Assembly (NCBI RefSeq): GCF_009914755.1
Contig: NC_060926.1
Reading direction: 5' to 3' (one strand)
DNA length: 64,000 bases
Origin: the human T2T-CHM13v2.0 reference genome, Homo sapiens
Part shown: one piece after another, positions 13,090 to 27,570 of the stretch
Numbering within the stretch: position 1 is the stretch's first letter
Layout: every line of letters begins with the position of its first letter
Made by a program: the position numbers and the translations under genes
Notes under the pieces: model-generated
The model's input: only the letters and a program-made list of their open reading frames with translations
Told to the model about the DNA's origin: nothing
Databases searched by the model: none

Positions 13090-14045
13090 TTTATTTTCCC
13101 CCAACATTTTCTATGATTTTTTTTTCAAAAGTAAAGCAAAGTTAAAAGAATTTCACAGGAACACCCAAATGCCCAACACCTATGATATGGTTTGGTTCTG
13201 TGTCTGCACCCAAATCTCATCTTGAATTGTAATCCCCACATGTTGAGGGAGGGACCTGTAATCCCCACCTGTCAAGGGAGGGAGGTGATTGGATCACAGC
13301 GATGGTTTCCTCCATGCTGTTCTCATGATAGTGAGTTCTCATGAGATGTGGTGGTTTTGTAAGTGTTGACAATTCCTCCTTCACTGGTCGTCTTCTCTCT
13401 TTCCTGCCACCTTGTGAAAAAGGCATTTGGTGCTTCTTTGCCTTCCGCCATGATTGTAGGTTTCCTGAGGCTTCCCAAGGCATGCAGAACTGTCAGTCAA
13501 TTAAACCTCTTTCCTTTATAAATTACCTAGTCTTGGGTACTATCTTTATGGCAGTGTGAAAACTGACTAATACAACCTAGATTCTCTCTGTTAATCCATC
13601 TTATATTTTGATTCATTCTAAAGTAAATTGCAAATGTTTGGCATACAAGTCAGTTACAGTTCAACATTATTTATATTTTATTTAAAATTTTCATAACAAT
13701 AGAATGTACATATCTTATGTGTACATTAGCTAAGATTTGAAAAAACTGTACAACTTAGTAACCCAAACTGTTATCAAGTTATAGAACATTAGCATCACTC
13801 TAGAAAATTCCCTTATAACCCCTTCAGAATCAGTTTCCTTCTCCCAAAAACAAGTTAGCTTGTTCTAGAATTTCATATAAAAAGAATTATACAGCACACA
13901 CTATTTTGTGCCTGGCTTATTTCACTAAGCTTAATGTTTTTGAGATCTATTCATGTTGTCATATTTATTGATAGTTTTTTTCCCTTTTTGTTCGTAAGCA
14001 TTATCTCCTGGTATGAATATACTATGTTTGTGCTAATGATGGGAA
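13090..14045 (-). mobile_element. Old L1M fragments (L1MC4/5- and L1ME-like) flanking the THE1 LTR
   Basis: aaagttaaaagaatttcacaggaacaccc; atagaacattagcatcactctagaaaattccc; ttgttctagaatttcatataaa. Confidence 0.6.
13183..13574 (+). mobile_element. THE1D-like solo LTR
   Basis: tgatatggtttgg...ctaataca; perfect 5-bp TSD accta (13178-13182, 13575-13579). Confidence 0.93.
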
Positions 14046-14198
14046 CCTGGAATTCAAGGCTTTTAATCCCAGAAAAAGACTTTAAGATTGTGAAATAGCA
14101 TTTCATTAAAAACTACTCTTTCATCATTTGTATACAGTTATCTCTTAACTGCAATTTTGAAAACTCTGACATTTGTATGTAAATTTTATAATCTAGAT

Positions 14199-14409
14199 CA
14201 AGCTTGTCCAACCTGCAGCCCCAGGTTGCCTTTGAATGTGGCCTAACACAAATTAGTAAACTTTTTTAAAACACTATGAGTTTTTTTGCGTTTTTTTTTT
14301 TTTTTAGCTGATTAGTGATCATTAGTAGTTAGTGTATATTACATGTGGCCCAAGACAATTCTTCTGCTTCCAGTGTTTTCCAGGGAAGCCAAAAGATTGG
14401 ACACCCCTG
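14199..14409 (-). mobile_element. MER30
   Basis: caagcttgtccaacc...gccaaaagattggacacccctg; 8-bp TSD atctagat/atttagat. Confidence 0.92.
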
Positions 14410-15129
14410 ATTTAGATCTTTGTGTATATGTTTAACTTGGTTTTCTTGAGCAAAATTTTTGGACTCTAATTATTAACCACCCTTTTGAAGATTACAGGAG
14501 TTTCTCCCTATCCCGCTTTGCTTTTAGGAAGATCATCTTGGAAAATGCCACTGCAAAGTCTGTGTGTTAATTCTAAATTCCCGTTTTTTTTTTTTAATTA
14601 ACTTTAGAAAAATAAAGTCAGTGTTCTATGGAACAGGTTCTGTAAGGGAAGTTTGTGATAATATGCATGGGCAAGTAGGATTGACAAATATTTTTGCTAA
14701 AGCTGCTTAAACACCACAGGTTGATGTGTAAATGCATAAATTTAAAGAGAGGGGAGAGAACAGGAAAATAGCTCTTTTCAATGATTTTGAAATTTTTCTG
14801 CTTATTTTCTTTTCCTGCAACAACATAGTGATTTAATCAGCATTGTTAAGTGATCAGTTAGCAATGACACATAAGCAATTATATTCAAAACCTATCAGTA
14901 ACTTCATTTTCTGACCATCTGACACTCAAGGTTAGGGAAAGTTGAACATACATAAAAACAATGTATTAGAAAACACAGTGACATTATGACTAACTAAAAC
15001 CTTGCCAGTATACATTTTTAGGCTACTAAGATCATTATGTGGGAGATTGCCTTTGAACATTGTTCTTTAAAAGTTTGTGCATTGGTAATGTTATCTGTAG
15101 ATGGGAAATGAATGAAGCACAATGTCTTA

Positions 15130-15470
15130 ACATCCTCTCAGACAAATTTATGTGGAGAAGGAAGAAATTTTGTGATTTAAAAATCATGTTTCTTTAGTTT
15201 AATAGGATGAAGAAAGCAAACATTCTATAGAGTATGGCAGTTGTAGAATATATATGGTAAAGGTTGTTTGGCATTTGTTTCACTGTAGTGTCAGTTAATA
15301 CATGTTATTTGGAAGAGCTTGGAGGAGATAACCAGTAAATATCCATATACAGTTCCAACAGGATGTGCATCCCATTGCCTAAACTCACTTCAAAAAGACC
15401 TCATGAAGTTGGACACTGTCCAAAGCTTTCACAGGGGAACAAAAGAGATGATCAAATTTATAGCTGCTCA
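15130..15470 (+). mobile_element. Decayed hAT transposase coding fragment (Tag1/DUF659-like)
   Basis: Translates with frameshifts to ILSD...GEGRNFVI...AW/EEITSKYPYTVPTGCASHCLNSLQKDLMKL...KEMIKFI, containing the hAT CxxH motif. Confidence 0.7.
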
Positions 15471-15924
15471 AGGAGAAGCAAGAAGAAAAGAATACAATGA
15501 TTTTGAAATCCTATAGAAACTTTAAGTGGAAAGATGACATCCTTTGAAAATCTGCAAATAAGAGCAATAAAATTAGCTTTCCAAGAATTAGAGATTTGCC
15601 CCTTCCCTACTTTCTGTTTTACATTTTTACATACCGTGCTCCTGCAGTGATTTGCTTTTCTGTATTTGTGTGAACTTTCACGTTTTCTGTCCTTTGCTTG
15701 TGTTCTTGCCTCTGATTGGATGCATCTCATGAATTCAGTCATCTTCAAAACCGTGTTCAGGCATCGGTTGCACAATCACGCCACAATGATTACTGCTTCC
15801 ATTTCTTCAGAATTATCTATCAGTAGATTTATTAAGTTCTCTACCTCCTTTCTGTATCTGCTGCACATACTTTTGTTCTCACGAATCACTGATTTTTCCA
15901 GTAGTATTACAGCTATAGTAACCA

Positions 15925-16045
15925 TAGTAGCAGCAGCAACAACACTTGTATAATGCCACACTGGGCCAGACGTAGTGCTAAGATTTTTACCTGAAGTATC
16001 TTATTAAATCTCACCATATCTTTATAATTTCAGTGCTATTATTAT
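15925..16045 (-). mobile_element. MIR fragment
   Basis: aacacttgtataatgccacactgggccagacgtagtgctaag...atcttattaaatctcac. Confidence 0.55.
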
Positions 16046-17029
16046 GCATAGTAGTATGTTTCATTGCCCCAGTGGCAGTGATTCTGAATTATATTCTATT
16101 AATATCTTATTGAAATGTGTCTCTAAAAAGGACAAATTATTTTATCCAATATTTCTTATAAAATTACATACCAAATACTATAGACTTTTTTCTGATCTGG
16201 TCAAGAAATATTTAACAAATATACCGAAAAGTTATTGATGTGTATATGCAGCATTACATAAAGTAAGATATCTCCAAACCTGAGAATAAAGTCATAAATC
16301 TAGAGTATATGTGCTCCTATACTCTCTGTACCTGAAATTAGGAATTCTGCCACTGTTTACTTTCTATGCCTTGAAACAAGATCTTAAATTCTTGAGCTTA
16401 TGATTTGTATAGATGATATAAACTATACAAACTAGGCCTCATCTAGTACCCTCTATTCTTTATATTGATAGTGTTATACTCAATCTGATCCAAACTGGTT
16501 TTTATTACCATGGGTAATGTTAGCAGGTGTGCTTGTAAAGAAATGCAAGGGTCAGGGCAAGGGTAGTGGGGTTTGTGTGTAGGGTAACCACGGTATAGGG
16601 ATTTTATAGGGTGTGAAGCATTGTTGAAAAAATGTTTTGAAGTGTCTGCTTAGGGAACTTTGAAAAATTTTGGAAGCACATGAGTGATTTGGGATGGTAC
16701 AGTTTCATGAAAAATAAGGTAATATTTGTAAATATTTGTGGATATTTATGTTTTTGAACATCTCTATCCATCTCATCTTGCATCTAGATACTTGGTTTTG
16801 CTGAACAATTGGATGTTATTTTATAATGATTTATTCTTGATATTGTAGATTTTCTCAAAATTTTTGTGTATTTGGATGTATATATCTTTAGCGTATAGTT
16901 GCAATTTTTGTCTTTTAGTGGTAAAATGGATTCTATTTAATTTTTGGAGCACGATAAAGAGTTGTGATGGGAAGTGTCCTATTAATGCTCACATTTACAT
17001 TAATATCTTAATGTGTTAGACTTTCTTTT

Positions 17030-18222
<1,193 letters not shown>

Positions 18223-18344
18223 TTTAAGTTTTTCATTTTGGAGATGAAATGATAACATTTTAGACAGCCCTCAGTGAAAGAAGTCTTATTTATTTCTACT
18301 AAGTTTGGAGGATAAATTAGAAATTTATAGTAGCCAGAGCAATT

Positions 18345-18672
18345 TGTTGGAGGTGGAGCCTGTGGGGAGGTGACTGGATCATGGGGGCAGATTTCCCATT
18401 AAAGAGCACCATCCCCTCGTTACTATCCTCGCAATCATGAGATGTCATGAAATCTAGTCATTTTAAAGTGTGTGGCACCTCCCTGTTCACTCTCTCTTGC
18501 TCCTGCTCCCACCATGTCAGACGCCTTGCTCCCCTTTTGCCTTCTGCCATGATTGTAAGTTTCCTAAGGCCTCCTCAGCCATGTGGAATTGTCAGTCAAT
18601 TAAACCTCTTTCCTTTATAAATTACCCAGTCTCAGGCAGTTCTTTACAGCAGCATGAGAACAGACTAATACA
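18345..18672 (+). mobile_element. 5'-truncated MST (MSTA/B) LTR
   Basis: tgttggaggtggagcc...aattaaacctctttcctttataaattacccagtctcagg...ctaataca. Confidence 0.9.
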
Positions 18673-19260
18673 GGGGCACTCTGGCTTTTTGAGTTTTCAG
18701 TGTTCTTGCGCTGATTCTTTCTTATCTTTGTGGGCTTATCTACCTCTGATCTTTGAGGTTGCTGACCTTTGGATGGGGTATTTGTGGTTTTTTAAATTGT
18801 TGTTGTTTGCTTTTTTTTCTTTTAGTGGTCTGCCCACTCTTCTGTAGGGCTGCTGTGGTTTGCCAGAGGGTCTGCTCCATACCCTAGGTGCCTGGGTTTT
18901 GCCAGTACCTGCAGTCTCCACACAGCTCTATGTGTTGTGCCCAAGGCCCTGGTGGCCAGGGCTCACGAGACGATCTCCTGTTCCTACGGTTGCAGAGATC
19001 CATGGGAGAAGCCTGGCTTCCCAGGGTTGCACATTCACTCACTGCTTCTGTTGGCTGGGTGTGGGGGTTCCCTTGGCTCTGTGTCATTCCTGGGTGGGCC
19101 ATCACCCCACCCTGCTTTTCATTCTCCGTGGGTCAAGGTGTTTCTCTAATCAGTGTCAATGCAAGTTCCTGGATATTTCAGTATTCACTCGCACCTTTTG
19201 TTCCCCTCGGTGAGTGCCACGTACAGCAGCTGCTTCTAATCTGCCATCTTGGCCTCCTCC
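18673..19260 (-). mobile_element. L1PA13-16-like 5'UTR including the element's 5' terminus
   Basis: gggcttatctacctctgatctttgaggttgctgacctttggatgggg; ends ctgccatcttggcctcctcc (YY1 motif CAAGATGGC on minus, 19243-19251). Confidence 0.85.
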
Positions 19261-19460
19261 CATATTTTCTTTATCCATGCATGTGCTGATGGAGTCTTAG
19301 ACTGATTCTGTACTTTGGCTATTGTGAATAATGCTGCAGTGAACATGAGAGTTTGGATAGTTCTCCAAAATACTCATGTCATTTTCTTTGGATATATACC
19401 TAGCAGTGAGATTGCCAGATCATAAGGTAGTTCTATTTTGAATTTTTTTAGGAAGCTTTA
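19261..19460 (-). mobile_element. L1MA-like 3' fragment
   Basis: ttggctattgtgaataatgctgcagtgaacatg...ggatatatacctagcagtgagattgc. Confidence 0.8.
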
Positions 19461-19836
19461 TACTACTTAGCTTGGGGAATTTTTAATAAAGAGGGTGTAT
19501 TTTATAATTATGGTAAATTTCAAACATACAGAAAAACAGAGAAGAGGAAAACATATCTATGTACCCTATATACTACTACAAAAATATCAATTCCTGACCT
19601 TGCTTGTTTTATGAATATGAAATCTGTACCCCCCAACATCCCTAGATTATTTTGAAGCAAACCTCAGATGTCACATTTCATTCATAAATATTTCTGTATG
19701 TATCGCTAAAAGATGAGGATTCTTCTAGAAATAGCATCATATTTTCACATCTAAAAACAGTTAATTTAATATCATCCATTGGTAGGATAAGGTTCAAATT
19801 TCACCGATTGCCTCTTTTTTTACTTTTTAAAAATTT

Positions 19837-20742
<906 letters not shown>

Positions 20743-21964
20743 CATTTTTAAAAGAATATTCAGTTTTCTTGAATCAGGATTTAAACAAGGACCATGCATT
20801 GCAGGTGAGTCATGTCTCTTAATTCTCATTTATATATGAGTCTTCCTTCCCCTCCTTTTTGATCTTGCAATTTATTTGTTGAAGAAACAGGATCATTTGT
20901 CCTCTCATTCTCCAGAGTCTGTATTTTGCTGGTTGTATTCTATGGTGTTAACATTTTTTTTCTGTTCTACATATTTATTTTAATTGATATTTAGATCTAG
21001 AAACTTAAATGTATTTTTGAGGTAATATTTCACAGCTGTTTTTATGTACCTCCATCAAGAATTGCATAATATAGTTTTTTTCCCCTGCGATATTAGTGGC
21101 CATAGATGATCATCGCTTAGGTCTATTATTTCATTGGGGGCTCACAAGATAGTCATATTCTTCCATTCTTTCTTCATTCATTAGCTAGAATAGTTTTATA
21201 AAGAGAGAAATTTTCATCAATGATTTTCCTATCCTGCGAGATAGGTTGTAGAGCAAAGGCAAATTTAATACTTCATCCTTTCCCTTTTTTACTGGTTTCC
21301 AGAAAAATATAGGTTGATTTCCCAGAATCCTCAGAGGTGACTATTGAGCACCTTTAAAACATTATTCACAACACATGAATATACCATATTTTGGGGGCTT
21401 ATCAATTATTCCCTTTGCTCATGTTTCCAAGTTTTTTAGCCAGTGGAAGCCTCTTCAAGTTGACAGGATCTCAACAGTCTTTGATGGCTTCTTTGCTTAC
21501 TGCTATGACAAAATCTTTCAGGCTCATTTTGTACTTTTCCTCCCCCGGACGAGGATCAGCTGTTTCTCCTTGGAGCTTTGGTTTCTTAGAGTGGGAAATG
21601 GTATTTTGAGGACCATGATCTAGGTAGAAGGAGTAATCATTGTTACTGGGTTGGTCAGTGTGTCTAGGTCTTTTCAATGAAACACAGCTAAATAAAGATT
21701 ACATATGTATGTCTTGAATTGATATTTCCAGACAAAATTTAGGATTATTTGGTTTTACTTGATTTTCTATTTGCAGACTCTTCTCTAATGTATCTTCGTT
21801 CCTCAGGAATTAACATGGTGCTTTTGGAAATGTTATCTGTTCTTTCTTAAGAGAGGTAGAGCACTGTTTCACAAGTTTTGAGGCTACATATGTTGACAGG
21901 AAGCTTCAAATTAACTCTCAATGATGGACAGACACCTGGGCAGTGCTCCATGTATCATATCACT

Positions 21965-22130
21965 GTATGGAGGTGTTAAAGACACATCCTGGGATATGTG
22001 GTTCGGGCCTGGCTCTGCCAACTAATGAGTCACTTATTTCCTTGTCGTGTAAAATGGGGATAATAATAATCTACCTCTCAAGCTTTGTATGGAAGATAAT
22101 ATATGTGAAAATGCTTTGTAAATTATTAAT
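21965..22130 (+). mobile_element. MIR fragment
   Basis: ggttcgggcctggctctgccaactaa...gtaaaatggggataataataatctacctc. Confidence 0.7.
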
Positions 22131-22754
22131 GTATCATAATAGAAATCATTTCCCCATCTTATTAAAAAATAATGTGATAGTCTTTGAACCACTATACTTT
22201 TGATTAGCTTTTTCCTCAAGATTTGTTTACTCTTGTAAGGCATATTTGTCTTTTTTGTTAAGTTGCCAGGATAGCCTTCCTAATTACCTTCTTTAATGGG
22301 TCTTCCTCTCTGTAGTTAAATGTATATGTTTGTAAGCCTCTCTTGAGGTGAATACTCTTTGGCTTAAATATTTGTTTGGCTTAAATATTAATTAAATATT
22401 TTAATTTAAATTAATTTATGATGTTATAGGTATAGAAAGGAGAATCAAAGTAGGGGTGTGTTTTGTTTTTTGTCCATCAAAGCATAAACCTTGTTTTTGA
22501 TGATGCTTTATTTCTGTTTCCAGTGTCATGGTGTACTGTAGACCCAGAGCTGTACCTCTGGGGAGATATATAACTAATCTTTCCTTTGATGGGACCTAAT
22601 TTCAGAGCGCTGTCTTCATAACCTGGAATCAAATGAAAAGTCCAGGTCAGGTTATCCAGCTAGATACAAGTGTATTGTGTGCTTGGTGTTCCTAGGCTCT
22701 TTATTATCCTTATTTGGCTCACAGGCCTTTCTGAGCTAAGACTTTAGAGGTCAG

Positions 22755-22758
<4 letters not shown>

Positions 22759-22799
<41 letters not shown>
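22759..22799. repeat. (GT)20 microsatellite
   Basis: Uninterrupted dinucleotide run. Confidence 0.99.
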
Positions 22800-22803
<4 letters not shown>

Positions 22804-25734
22804 TATTCTTTTTAAATTCTAGAAGAACAGGGTCCTTTTCTTTCTTGATGCCATGTTTATCTACCTGAAATCTCACAAAGCAGCAGCCAGCATGTACTTC
22901 CTAACTTTACTGGTGTTTCCTTTGTCCTGCCTTCAGGAGAACTGTTTTAGTTACCCTCCTGCCATCTTGTGCTCTTATGGCCCTGAATTTAGCCTTTTCT
23001 TTGGTTTCACAGCCTTAGATTATTCCAGCCTAGCTTTTTTTATACTTAGGCTTCTTTCTAACTTTTCTTCCCATGTGTCAATGATACTTTCCTTAAACTC
23101 ACCCTGTACTGTTTTACAACTGCATTCTACCCCTTCCAGCAATTTTAGCCAAACTTTGCAGTTGACAGTGGCCTCCTTCCTGCAGCCTAGGCTTCTGAAA
23201 CCCCTTTACAGTATCTTCATATATAGACTTATGGCGCTCATTTTCATTCACCAACAATTCTGTCCCTGTAAGGAGTTAAAATCATTGTTATTCTTAGGTA
23301 TTTCTAGTATGAAATAATAGAACCATATTCTAAAACTTTGGAAAATAAACACTTAATCCCTTTATTCTTTCATACTGTTTTAATGTGTTTTTTTCCCTTT
23401 TGTCTTATCCCCAATAATTTTTGTACAATTAATCTGGAGTACATTTTTGGTTTTTTACCCTCATATCCTCAGAAACTGAAGAGGCTACCAGGAGCATTTT
23501 GCATGTCCTTTCATAGGATTTATCATTAATACTGAAAGACAAAATTTAATATTTTATACTCTGTAAAAGTACTAATGTAATTAATAATTAATACATGGTA
23601 CAAATACTAATAGTTTTCCAAGAAAGATACATTGGTCAGGCTTTTTTGAAGTCTTCAGTTATTGTCCTACTGTCCTATTGTTAACAGTTAATTTCCTTCC
23701 AGGTTTAATATACCTCCAGTTTCAGTATACCTGTAGATTTAATATACACATTCATTTAAATAATACATAATGTCTGAGATAGATGTATAACATGTTTAGC
23801 TGTTCCTGTATCAGAAGTGTACTAAATTCTCATATTTTTACTATTGTAAATACTTATGGTGAAAATTTTTGTGTACACATATTTGTTCATATTTTAGATT
23901 ATTTCTTTAAAATCCCAGAAGATAACTAGGTTAAAGTAACAGTATTTTTAGTATTTTTATTACTCCTGATTTACATTTCTGGATAGCCTTCTATAAAGGC
24001 TATAATAGTTTATGATACCTTTAGCAAATTGGTTACAGCTTTTTTTTTTTTCCCTCTGTCCCCCTTGACCTCAATGTTCATTTCTTTCTTGGGGGTTTTA
24101 GCGTGTCCTTTTAGCTTCACAACAGTATCTCTTTTGGAAGGCACTTTGGCTTGTGGAGAGAAGAATGCACAGTGTACTGCAGTGGGGCATAGGAGAGAGA
24201 TGCGGAAGAGGTGTGGGGCAGTGGAAGACCCTGACAGAAAGGTGGTGGTTGTGAGGATGGCAAAGTCGTTCTGAGATGGATTTTCTACTTTCTTACGGCA
24301 TTATCCCTGGTAAGAAACTATCTCTAAGCTGCAAGAATTCCAGTGTCCAATGTTAAGGAATCAACCTGTGACTAGGTTTTAAAAACAATGATATTGGACT
24401 CTCAGCAATCAAACTATGCGTTTTCTTATACAAAAATGGAAAAAGCAACAAGAAATGGTCTCCAGATTTATAAAGAATGGGTTATGACTTGTGTACTTTA
24501 CTGAAGATGTTGTAACCTGGTTTCATAGTTAGGAACCTACTGAGTATTAGCCACATATGAAAGTAGAAGTTTACAATTCCCCAGAAATTCATTAAAGAGC
24601 CTGAATTGCTTAGCAACCTCACAAATTTATTAAAGCGATTTCATAGATATCATCTTCTACTTTATGTAACAGTTACTAGGTATGTCAGTGTTTGAAAGAA
24701 TATGGTCATGTGCAGTTAAAGAACTGGAGAATTGTGATCTAGCACTGCAATGTGCTGAATTGATTTTCACACATTGTGTATTACTGATCGCTATATATTT
24801 AAACTTGCTTTAGCCAAGTGTAATTTTGTTATTTAGAGTAAACTGGACTTCGGAATGGTATTGCTTTCAGTCATTCGAGACTATAGTAGGAACATTTTAT
24901 AGAGTACTAATAAAAAGAGACATCTTGAATGTAACATTAAACCATTTCATTATTTTATAGACTATGCCATCTGTAAGCATGCCAAGATTTTGGGGGGAGG
25001 AGGGGGACTTCAAATGACTATGCATTAATTGTACCTCATGTTTAGCATGTATTGTTTTAAATGCTTTATCATAGGATATCCTATAACCTGATGGAAATGA
25101 TGGCATATAGTTCGTAACAGAGTGTTTTGCAGAACTTTAGACCCCTTTGAAGCTGAAAGCATTATCCTTTAATTCTAGGACCTATTCTGCCTTTGTTTCT
25201 TAGGCCTTTAGATTCCTCCATGGCCAAGTATCCAGCCCTGGCATGGGTGCTTATTAACTATGTGTCCTTGGGCAATTTTTTTTAACTCTGCTGAGGCTGG
25301 CTTTATGATCAGTGAGTTGTAAATCTCTGTAGATCCCAGCCTGCTCTCACTGACAAGTTGGTACCTACAGTACCCTGGGAACTGCAGCTAGAGTGGCCAG
25401 GGAATATTCAGGGAAAAAGCTATAGGACACAGGGATTGGGGAAAATGAACAGCAAAAATCTTTTATCTTGGGAGTAGAAGTTGAAGGACAACATTCCAAA
25501 TATAATCTTATAATCCAAGTCTAATTCATATAAGCATTTATAGTGAAAGATGGGGCAGAACATAAGATCAGATTTTCTAGGTATTCTTATTAGTTAAAGA
25601 CCAGAATTTCTGGAACAAAATTTCTAGGAAAGTATGATTTTTGTGAGGATGAAAATAACTATTACTATCATTATTAATAACTTTTGTTCAGGTACTAAAT
25701 ATGTACCAGGAGCTAGTAAATACTTCTATATAAA

Positions 25735-26071
25735 CAGGTGACCCTCAGTATCCATGGGTTCCATATCTGTGGATTCAACGAAATGCAGATCGAAAATACT
25801 TGGGGAATAAATGGATGGTTGTGTCTGTACTGAACAGTGCAGACTTTTTTCTTGTCATTATTCCCTAAGCAATAGAGTATAACAACTGTTTACACAGAAT
25901 TTAATTGTATTTTGTATTATAAGTAATCTAGAGATGATTTAAAACTATAGGGGAAGATGTGTGTGGGTTATATGTAAATACCGTGTCACTTTTTATCAGG
26001 GACTTGAGTATCTGTGGATTTTAGTGTACTAGTGGGATGCCCAATCTCCTGCAGATATTTAGGGACAACTA
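25735..26071 (-). mobile_element. MER2 (Tigger-derived MITE) inserted in a MIR
   Basis: caggtgaccctcagtatccatgggttcc...gtattataagtaatctagagatgatttaaa...agggacaact. Confidence 0.9.
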
Positions 26072-26074
26072 TAT

Positions 26075-26255
26075 AATTAATTCTGTCAATGACTTTTTAA
26101 AAGATACATCCTATTATTATCTTCATTTATCAGATAAAGAAACCATTACTAGAAAGGCTTGGTGATGTATTCCCTGAGTGGTGCATGTGACATAGGAACA
26201 CAGGCTATCTGAATCCAGGGCCTGCAGTTGAACTCACACCAAGTTGTGTATCTTC
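26075..26255 (-). mobile_element. MIR fragment
   Basis: tattattatcttcatttatcagataaagaaacc core. Confidence 0.6.
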
Positions 26256-26267
26256 TACTTGCCCTTA

Positions 26268-26578
<311 letters not shown>

Positions 26579-26649
26579 GATAGACTCCTTGCTCTTCTCT
26601 TCACCACCTATGTCCAGGAGCAGTGGTGACCCTTCAGGAGGCATCAGCA

Positions 26650-27032
26650 GGTTCCCTTGCCCCAAATTCCTGTCCTGTTCAGCTCATGAGAGATGTCATG
26701 GCAGGAGAACATAGGACAATGGGGGAGAGCAGTCAGAGTAGTCATTGTCCTGGTGCCCTCCCTGTGGGGTTGGCTGCCATGTCTTTACCCAGGGTCACAT
26801 CTGTCAGGAACCCTCTTCAGCATTCTGGTAACTGTTCCCTTTCCTTGTCCCTTCAAGCCAAGGGCAGAGGGAGTGCTAAGTTCTTGTGGTGACTAGACCT
26901 GAGATACTGCACTGTCCCTTTTTGATTTTGTCAACCTTGCCTACACTTGCTGTGAATAGGTCCTTCATTAACTTGCCTTCAGTAACCCAGATGGAGTGTG
27001 CCATCTCTTCTTGCCCAGGTCCCTGACTGATA
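26650..27032 (+). mobile_element. LTR33-like ERVL LTR fragment
   Basis: 3' end gaataggtccttcattaac...ggagtgtgccatctcttcttgcccaggtccctgactgata. Confidence 0.7.
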
Positions 27033-27079
27033 GACCAGCTCTCTCATTTAGAGAAATGTGAGTGTTTTCTTACTTTTTT

Positions 27080-27180
27080 GCAGTCAGTAAATATTTATTA
27101 AGTATCCAGAAAGCATGAGGCACTGTTCTTGGTGTACTAGGGTCACTAATGGAGCAAGAGCCATGAGCCCTGCCTGTGGG
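27080..27180 (-). mobile_element. L2 3' end fragment
   Basis: cagtcagtaaatatttattaagtatcc...aggcactgttct. Confidence 0.6.
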
Positions 27181-27194
27181 CAGAGGGGAGGAAA

Positions 27195-27570
27195 TTTATA
27201 AGTATCTATATTTTATATATATATTTACTATATATAATGTATATTTACTATGTATAATATATTTACTGTATATATAATATATATTTACTATACACACATA
27301 TTTACTGTACATATATATGAAAGTATGTATATATTTACTATATTATATGTTATAATAGTATATTATATAGTATTATATATTGTATATTACTATATTATAT
27401 GTACATTTATATATATTTATTCTGTCAATGACTTTTTTAAAGATACTTCCTGTTATTATCTTTATCAGATAGAGAAACCAGTACCCGAAAGGTCTGGTGA
27501 TATATGGCTGGAGTAAATATATGTAAATGTATATATAATAAGTATATATATATTAAACATAAATACATAT
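27195..27570. repeat. (TA)n-rich low-complexity tract containing a ~95-bp insert
   Basis: Degenerate tatatttactata units on both sides of 27419-27514. Confidence 0.9.

Noticed and set aside
13228-13283. ~30-bp duplication inside the THE1 LTR
   Set aside because: As I recall, a common THE1D variant rather than locus-specific
22853-23317. 154-aa ORF, the longest outside recognised repeats
   Set aside because: Leu/Phe/Ser-rich translation typical of T-rich DNA; no recognisable domain or exon structure
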